This document shows, piece by piece, positions 8,120 through 16,076 of a stretch of 16,076 bases of DNA. Origin of the DNA: Eledone cirrhosa (Eukaryota); contig CAXHJY010000439.1 of assembly GCA_964016885.1 (NCBI GenBank), forward strand, positions 1 through 16,076, given 5' to 3'. The notes under the pieces are model-generated. The model saw only the letters and a list, made by a program, of their open reading frames with translations, was not told where the DNA came from and did not search any database. The position numbers and the translations under genes were made by a program. Position 1 is the stretch's first letter, and each line of letters begins with the position of its first letter.

Positions 8120-10861
8120 ATGCCCAGCCTGAGATCCTTTCTCCACCAACTACACACCAGCCTCAAACTTTTCCTCACCCCCTCCTCCCACCCTGCTATC
8201 TCCCCTCTGCCCTTCAACTCTCCTACCTTCTCTTCGCCAAAACCCGGCACTCCAGCCACATCCATTTCCTCAGCCACTACCTCCGCCTCCACCTTATCCC
8301 CCTCGGCTTCCGTCTAAACTTCCACACTTCCCCCGCCACTTCCCCCTCCACGCAACGTATCCTCACCCGATCCTCACGCCTCCTAATGCGCAACACCATC
8401 CGCGCCTCCCGTTCCACCCTCCGCCAACTTGACCACCCTCCTCCGCCTTAACACCACCTGCCACTCCCTCCTCGCCCAAGCCATCCTCTCCTTCATCCAA
8501 AACCTCAACCACGACCTCTTCTCCTTCCTCACCTCCACCAAAGCCCGCAAGCTATACTCACTTCTCCCAACCACACCCATCTACCACCACCCGCCCATCC
8601 CCATGAGCCCACCACTCTCCACCCCTCCCTCGAAACACACCCCTACCCAATCTCCCCCCTCCACCACACCCTCCCTCCCCCCACACCCAAACCCCACCAC
8701 TTGTTGTCACCATACCCCCTGACCTCCCCCTCTCCGCATCTGAGCGCTCACTCCTTAGTAGAGGCCTTCGCTTCATACCCCACACTCCGCACAGCGACGA
8801 GTTCCGCACCCGAACGGAAGTCGAGCGATTCGTGCGTGGCACGAAGCTACAGGCACATTTCGGCCGAACGCCACCGGCTCCGGACGCCCCAGACCCGTTT
8901 CTCGCCCTGGGCCGACGACCATCTTCTTGGACGCCGGCCCAGGGCAATTTAGCACCATGGACGCGTTCGTCGATGCCAGCCGTAGCGCCGTAAATCGTTT
9001 CGACTTCCGCCACCGTTCCAAACGGAATAACATCTCACGGGGCGAACTCCTCGCTCTCCGCTCCCTCCGTAGCCGAGATGACATCGTCATCAAACCGGCG
9101 GACAAGGGAGTCGCTGTGGTGGTGTGGCGCGCGGACCTCTACACGGCCGAAACCCTCAGGCAGCTCCGTAACCCCCTCTTCTACCGCCATCTACTCTCCG
9201 ATCTCACACCCCTCTACCAACAACAAGTTTCCTCCACCATCCAACACCTTGTCTCCTCCTCCCTCCGACCCCCCCACCGCTTCCCACCTCATCGTCCGCA
9301 TCCCCCGCACCCCCACCATCTACTTCCTCACCAAACTCCACAAACCCGACAACCCCGGCCGCCCCATCATCTCCGCTTGCAACTGCCCCACCGAACTCAT
9401 CTCCGCCTTTCTCGACTCAATCCTCGCCCCCCTTGTCACCACCCTCCCCTCCCACATCTCCGACACCAACCATGCCCTGCGCCTTTTCGACTCCTTCACC
9501 TACCCACCCGGCCCACAGCCCTTCCTCTTCACCCTAAACATCAAGTCCCTCTATACCGTCATCCCCCACGCCGACGGCCTACGCGCCCTCAAACACTACC
9601 TCGACCTTCGCCCCTCCCCATTCCCTCCACCCCCACCCTCCTTCGCCTCGTCGAGCTGGTCCTCACCCTCAATTGTTTCTCCTTCTCGGGTGAGTTTTAC
9701 CAACAGGTCACGGGGGTAGCCATGGGTACAAGAATGGGCCCAAACTATGCCAACCTTTTTGTTGGTCATGTTGAGGCCCAAATCTTTGCCCAGTACACAG
9801 GCCCCACGCCCGAAATGTACGGTCGTTACATCGACGACTGTATCGGAGCCACGACCCTCACCCGAGAACAGCTCGACTCCTTTCTCTCCTTCTTCTGCTC
9901 CTTCCACCCCTCCCTCCACTTCACCACCTCTATCTCCACCACCCACGTCCACTTCTTAGACATCTCCGTCGCCTTCTACCCCTCCCACCACTCCCTCGTC
10001 ACCTCTGCCTTCTTCAAACCCACCGACTCCCACTCTTACCTCGACTTCACCTCTTCCCACCCCACTAAACGCTCTATTCCCTACTCCCAACTCCTCAGGA
10101 TCCGCCGCCTCTGTAGCCGAGATGCCGACTTTGAGTCCCAGGCCCTTTCCCTAGTCAGCCATTTCATCCGCAGAGGTTACCCCCCCCCCTCTCTCTCTCG
10201 TCCACACCGCTCTCACCCGCGCCCGTGCTGTCCACCGCTCCACAACCCTCACCCCACGCCACCGCACAGCCACCCACCGTCTCCCCTTCCCCATCACCTA
10301 CCACTCCTCCACTATACCCCACCACCGCACCATCCTCCGCCTCTTCCGACGCCTCCAGTCCGACCTCTCCATCTCCCACATCTTCCCAGCCCCACCACTC
10401 TCCTCCTTCAAACGCGCACGCAATCTCCGCACCCTCCTCGTCCACAGCTCCCTACCCCCCAACCCACGCTCTCTTCTCCCCCCCATTCCTTTCCCTGTTC
10501 TAGGCCCCGCTGCAACACCTGTCCCCACATGACCAACACCACCACCTTCCAGGGTCCCAACGGCCACGCTCTCTCTGTCCGGCATGCCTTCCGCTGCACC
10601 TCCTCCAACCCAGTCGGACAGACTGGTCGTCGCCTGGCGGACAGATTCACTGAGCACCTCCGGGATATTCGTCTCGGTGGTAGTTCCCCCATCGCGCGCC
10701 ACTTTGGTGCCCCTGGACATTCCGCACGCCATCTCACAGTCTGTGGCCTACTCCAATGCCACGGAACACCCGCCAATCTCCTAAGAGTTGAACAACGAAC
10801 CATCTTCATCTTACAGACCCACACTCCCCCCGGCCTGAACTCCCCACCCTTATTCCTTTAG
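8120..10861 (+). pseudogene. Penelope-like element polyprotein (RT + GIY-YIG endonuclease), Neptune-type, multiply frameshifted
   Basis: N-terminal HIHFLSHYLRLHLIPLGF and LLSRGLRFIP. RT motifs IKPADKG, KLHKPDNPGRPIIS, NIKSLYT, GVAMGTRMGPNYANLF, RYIDD (9827-9838), FLDI and KPTD. Linker CSRPRCNTC. Endonuclease motifs VGQTGRRLADRFTEH, ARHF and EQ..IF.L.T..P.GLN. Stop at 10859-10861. Confidence 0.93.
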
Positions 10862-11536
10862 CTTTCGACCGCCCCCCCTCCACCCACACATATCCCCCAC
10901 TAACACAACTAACACACCCCTCCTTTTCACCGCCCACCCCACAACTAACAATACTAACACCTCCACTCCACCCCACATCCGACCACCATTCCCCAACTAA
11001 CATACTAACATCCCTCCCTTCTTCTCATCCCCCCTCCTTATCACATGAACACACCCACCGGCACATATATACACGCGCTCACACTAAACACACACCCTAC
11101 TACCACCACAAACCCTCACCCCCACCCATCCACCCCACCACCCCGCAACTAACATCACTAACACCCCCTGACCCCAAGCACACGAACACACTCACTCTCT
11201 TACACCACCCACCCTACACGCAACTAACATCACTAACACCCCCAACCCTACGCACACGTACACACACACCCACTCTACACATCCTACCACCACTGACCCC
11301 CACTCACACCCGCACTCAACCTTTTCTCCACCTCCTGTATACTAACACCCACTAACACCCCCTTCACCAAACACACACACCAGTACACCACACTCCCTCC
11401 ATCGACCCCACACCCTTCTCTCCCCGCTCCACCCACACCCTTTCTCAAACACTCGCTCATCCCACTAACACCTACTAATACACACACAAACCCCCTCCTC
11501 ACTCCAACTTTCACACCTACCCATCCTCTCCCCCTT

Positions 11537-11643
11537 ACCATTCTACCCTACTGCTGCTATGCCCTCTGACCACCTCCCCGCACACACAGACACACAACAC
11601 ACACTCACCATTTTACCCTACTGCTGCTATGCCCTCTGACCAC
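11537..11643 (+). repeat. 37-bp direct repeat x2, period 70 bp
   Basis: ACCATT(C/T)TACCCTACTGCTGCTATGCCCTCTGACCAC at 11537-11573 and 11607-11643. Confidence 0.92.
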
Positions 11644-12329
11644 AGACACACCACACTCCTCCTGCCTTGACTACTTCCTTTTGCGCGCGCAGTCCACATC
11701 TCCCCTCTTCCGACCAATCTCTTCACGGTTTACACGTATGTGAACCGTGATCCCGGAATCAACCACAATCAAGGATTTTACCAAGCATCCCACCACATCT
11801 TCTTACGGAATCACCTTCATGACTCACCCACACACACACCCCAACAAAATTTTTTTCCCACACGCCACCTACACCCACAACACGCTTAAACACCACACAC
11901 ACACGTGCGTACCACCACATATTTACACATTCAGCCTCCGGATTGCTCTCCCCCCCACCCCTCTATCCACACACGCACACACACTCCGACTACACCCCAC
12001 CCCACACACACCTCTTCCTGAACATGCAACCCCGTTCTTCCCCAAACCTTTGCTTTCACATACACACACGCACACACACACACGTACACCTACACACACA
12101 CACACCACCTTCAGCCCTCCCCGCTCGGACACCCCGTCTCCCTCTCCCCACTCCACCCGCCACCACCCCTACACGCCCCACACCCTTCCACCACCTGTTT
12201 TACCCCATTTTAATTTGATCATGCCTTTATTTTTTTTTTATTTGCACCGTTTCCTCTCACCCCCTTTTTGCTATATGTCTCTCCACCACCCCCAACACAC
12301 CCTTTGAACTCTCTTCCCACACACTTTTC

Positions 12330-12361
12330 ACCCGAAGAAGGCCTTATGCCCGAAACGTCGT
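12330..12361 (+). ncRNA. Degenerate hammerhead motif at the PLE 3' end
   Basis: AC-CCGAAGA-AGGC(CUUAU)GCCC-GAAA-CG-UC^GU. The core has U4>C and stem I is only 2 bp. Confidence 0.55.
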
Positions 12362-12450
12362 TCCCCACCACCACCCCACTCTGAAGAGCGTGAAATTAAT
12401 AAACATTTGTTGTACTGCCTCTCTGTTTTGTTCCCGTTCAATTTTTCATT

Positions 12451-12461
12451 ATAATATATGT

Positions 12462-12492
<31 letters not shown>

Positions 12493-12697
12493 CTAATATA
12501 TATGTATATATCTAATATATATATATCTAATATATATGTATATATCTAATACATATATATATATATATAATATATATATATATATAATATATGTATATAT
12601 ATAATATATGTATATATATAATATATGTATATATATAATATATGTATATATAATATATGTATATATATAATGTATATATCTATATATATATATATAT
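12451..12697. repeat. Imperfect (TA)n array
   Basis: Direct reading. Confidence 0.95.
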
Positions 12698-12875
12698 AAT
12701 TGTTTCTACTTTAGGCACAAGGCCAGCAATTACCCAATGCGTTACTGGTACTTTATTTCATCGACCCCGTAAGGATGAAAGGCAAAGTCAACCTCGGCGG
12801 GATTTGAACTCAGATCGTAAAGGGACGTAACTATGCTGGAAAGCATAACGTCCGACCCTCCACCGATACTGCCAA
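12698..12875 (-). mobile_element. tRNA-derived SINE, copy 4 (lacks first ~12 nt)
   Basis: High identity to copy 3, with the same truncation point. Confidence 0.9.
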
Positions 12876-12903
12876 ATATAATATATATATATATATAATA
12901 TAT

Positions 12904-12948
<45 letters not shown>

Positions 12949-13137
12949 TATTATATATATATATTATATATATATATATATATAATATATATATATATAT
13001 TATATATATATATTATATATATATATATATAATATATATATATAATATATATATATATATATTATATATATTATATATGTAATATATATATATATATATA
13101 ATATATATATATATATATTATATATGTAATATATATT

Positions 13138-13172
<35 letters not shown>

Positions 13173-13199
13173 ATAGATATATATATATATATAATATAT

Positions 13200-13248
<49 letters not shown>

Positions 13249-13262
13249 TATATATATAATAG

Positions 13263-13296
<34 letters not shown>

Positions 13297-13676
13297 TATA
13301 TAATAGATATATATAATAGATATATATATATATATATAATATATATATATAATAGATATATATAATATATATATATAATATATATATATATATCTAATAT
13401 ATATGTGTATATATATAATATATATGTATATATATGTATATATATAGATATATATTATATATATATACATATATATTATATATATATACATATATATATG
13501 TATATAGATAATATATATATATATATCTAATATATATGTATATATATATATTATATATATATACATATATATATGTATATAGATAATATATATATATATA
13601 TATATATAATATATATATATATAATATATATGTATATATCTAATATATATATATAATATATGTATGTATATATCTA

Positions 13677-13707
<31 letters not shown>

Positions 13708-13929
13708 GTATATATATATTATATATATATATAATATATATGTATATATATATTATATATATATATAATATATATGTATATATATATTATATATATATAT
13801 AATATATATGTATATATCTAATATATATATATATATAATATATATATATAATATATACATATATATAATATATGTATATATATAATATATATATATATGT
13901 ATATATATAATATATATATATAATATATG

Positions 13930-13960
<31 letters not shown>

Positions 13961-14043
13961 ATATATATATATATAATATATATATATATAATATATAATA
14001 TATATATATATATATAATATATATAATATATATATATATAAAT
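12876..14043. repeat. ~1.2 kb imperfect (TA)n array
   Basis: Direct reading. Confidence 0.97.
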
Positions 14044-14232
14044 AATTGTTTCTACCTTTGGCACAAGGCCAGCAATTACCCAGTACATTACTGGTACTTT
14101 ATTTTATCGACCCCGCAAGGATGAAAGGCAAAGTCAACCTCGGCGGGATTTGAACTCAGATCGTAGAGGGACGTAACTATGCTGGAAAGCATGGCGTCCG
14201 ACCCTCTACCGATACTGCCAATCCACCGCCTT
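14044..14232 (-). mobile_element. tRNA-derived SINE, copy 5 (full length)
   Basis: High identity to copy 1; A and B boxes intact. Confidence 0.9.
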
Positions 14233-14422
14233 ATATATATATATATATAAATAATATATATATAAATAATATATATATATAAATAATATATGCAAAAGTT
14301 TTATTTAAGATTGTTGGGTTACAACGAGTAAATATTTTATAACTGATATAAAAGCACTCGACAGTTTCTGGAGTAGGTTTACGATATTAAACAAATGGAA
14401 ACTATATTTATAAAACCATATT

Positions 14423-14488
14423 TATTTCGTTATATATATTTCTGGGATATCATATTAAAAATATGTTATGCCTTCCTCAGACAAAATA
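14423..14488 (-). ncRNA. Type I hammerhead ribozyme
   Basis: UAUUUUGU-CUGAGGA-AGGCAUAACAUAUU(UUU)AAUAUGAUAUCCCA-GAAA-UAUAUA-UA^ACGAAAUA. Stem I is 8 bp with one GU pair and stem III is the palindrome AUAUAUAU. Predicted cleavage between 14431 and 14430. Confidence 0.82.
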
Positions 14489-14624
14489 CAATACATAAGC
14501 TGTTTTATAAATAATTAGTGACATACCTTTTGAGAATGCAACTTCCTTTTAAAAAAGTTGATTTGGTAGTGAAACTGTTATGATAGTTATATAGAAAGAA
14601 AACGAAGATGAGAAGAAGAAGGTG

Positions 14625-14691
14625 AAGAGATGTATGTAAATAAAAAAGAAGATGAAGAGATGTATGCAAAGAGAAAAGAGATGTATGTAAA
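14625..14691 (+). repeat. 16-bp direct repeat x3
   Basis: AAGAGATGTATG(T/C)AAA at 14625, 14655 and 14676. Confidence 0.85.
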
Positions 14692-16076
14692 GAAAAACAA
14701 CGGAGCGAGATAGAGAGACAAGGATAGAGAGAAATACATTGATGGTGAAAAAAAAACATAGTAGGCTGCATTTTGACAGATGATCATCGTATATGTGAGA
14801 GGTTAAGGGAAGGGATACAGTTAGATTAGTGTATAGGAGAAAAAGAAAGAAAGATGATATATTTAAAATATATTAAAAATATATTATGTCTCATCCATTT
14901 GAATTATCAATTTTTATGAATTAGGCACTATAATGTAAATACCAGTATTCATGAATGAGACACATATCTATAATGTGTAAAAAAAATGACCACATGCTCA
15001 GTTTAAAAATTCTTAGGTCTATAAGCAAAATCTGAGACAAAACTTCAAACATAAGTATATATGCATTCTCGTGAAAAATGAGAAAAGAGAAGGTTATCTC
15101 AAATTCAAGTTGATAAATAAAGACGCACATGTGAACCTAGGTGATACGCTGCACTGATTCTTATATTTCATGAAAAACTTCAATGTGTCAGAAAAGAAAA
15201 ACTTCAATGCGTTAGAAGAGATTCCACCCTACATACATTTACATACATATATACATATATATAGACACAAAACATATAAGATATACATTAACATCTAAAA
15301 CAATCATCGATCAAGCATAGAGTAGACAACAGATATCAATATTAAAATTAAAAACGCCAAGAATATCTTCGTCACTCCACAGAGTATCTAGGGACGCAAG
15401 AGAACATAGTATGCCACGCATATTGGTCATAGAATCAGAGTCAAAGCAAACAGGACCAAAATTGCTCACCAAGCCTTATTTATCAGAAATCATTCAAAAC
15501 TTATTCTACAAATGCTCTTATATTCATTATAGAAGTTTATCCAGCTTAAAAATCTATTCAAAAGATTGGGACCAACGCCAATTTTAGGGTAGTTTATTTA
15601 ATCTCATTAATTATATATTCATGCGGAAAGGTTTAAAATAAAAAAAAAAAAATAAAAAAAAAATTAATTAATTAATTAAAGGAATCGAAAGATTTATCGC
15701 CAAGTATCACAAATAGTCAAATATCTTAAGTAAATATACTACATTTTATACTACATTTTAAATTTATATTTATATTTAAATGTTGAGTTCAATCTATGTC
15801 TGCAACAGCTGAATAAATTGGTTCGTAAATTAAGGGAATTTTTAGATTTTAATATAAAGAATATCTATCTTCCTCTGTGTTTTTTCCTCTCTCTATATAT
15901 CTCTCTCTGTTTTTTTACATGAATTTCTTCTCTCTATCTCTCTCTCTATATCTATCTCTCTCTATTTAGTTGCATGCATTTCTTCTTTTTCTCCGTTTTT
16001 CTTTTTTCTTTCTTTCTTTTTATAACTGTCCCTAATATTTTTTCCACTACCAATTCAACTTTTCAAATTTGAAGTC

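Larger units (their letters stand above)
8120..12450 (+). mobile_element. Penelope-like retroelement including ~1.6 kb C/A-rich 3' UTR; true 5' boundary uncertain (may extend towards 6712)
   Basis: ORF above; the C-rich composition continues to HHR-like motifs at 12332-12401, AATAAA at 12398-12403 and the (TA)n junction at ~12450. Confidence 0.85.
14292..14870 (-). mobile_element. Hammerhead-bearing element terminus (PLE-like), right boundary uncertain
   Basis: Minus strand reads a pyrimidine-rich tract, the HHR, then AATAAA just before (TA)n. Same layout as 4691-5405. Confidence 0.55.

Noticed and set aside
8927-10861. The 644-aa ORF as an intact gene
   Set aside because: It is a mosaic of true PLE frame and out-of-frame Pro/His-rich stretches; key RT motifs lie in another frame (9078-9719).
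8032-12307. Antisense and 3' UTR ORFs rich in Gly/Val/Arg or His/Thr/Pro
   Set aside because: By-products of low stop-codon frequency in C-rich sequence.
663-14088. Many YIYI-rich ORFs (e.g. 663-944, 5419-5778, 6435-6720, 13000-13566, 13753-14088)
   Set aside because: They are translations of (TA)n microsatellite, not proteins.
14880-16076. Possible coding remnant or exon (ORF 14921-15130, short minus-strand frames, 22-bp duplication at 15172-15217)
   Set aside because: No recognisable domain, frequent stops and low complexity; cannot be supported without a homology search.

Overview
Eukaryotic, repeat-saturated, non-genic DNA, probably from an octopus or other cephalopod. That assignment is inferred from the SINE and RTE families as I recall them, not from a search. 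No host gene is supported. Long imperfect (TA)n arrays separate a series of retroelement insertions: five same-strand copies of a tRNA-derived SINE plus two relics, a short RTE LINE fragment with a twin-priming-style 5' inversion, a 2.1 kb 5'-truncated RTE LINE with a PHD finger after the RT core, and a near full-length but frameshifted Neptune-type Penelope-like element (PLE; RT plus GIY-YIG). The most notable hidden signal is a cluster of type I hammerhead ribozyme (HHR) motifs near the ends of otherwise anonymous islands between the TA arrays. Five fold well on the minus strand (4818-4888, 6002-6046, 6280-6317, 6795-6888, 14423-14488). Two of these carry the compensatory U3-A8 core (UUGANAA), and one of those sits in a 126-bp fold-back mini-element. 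Degenerate motifs also occur at the 3' end of the PLE. The PLE 3' UTR carries seven regularly spaced pairs of ACUAAY, a STAR/Quaking-type motif.
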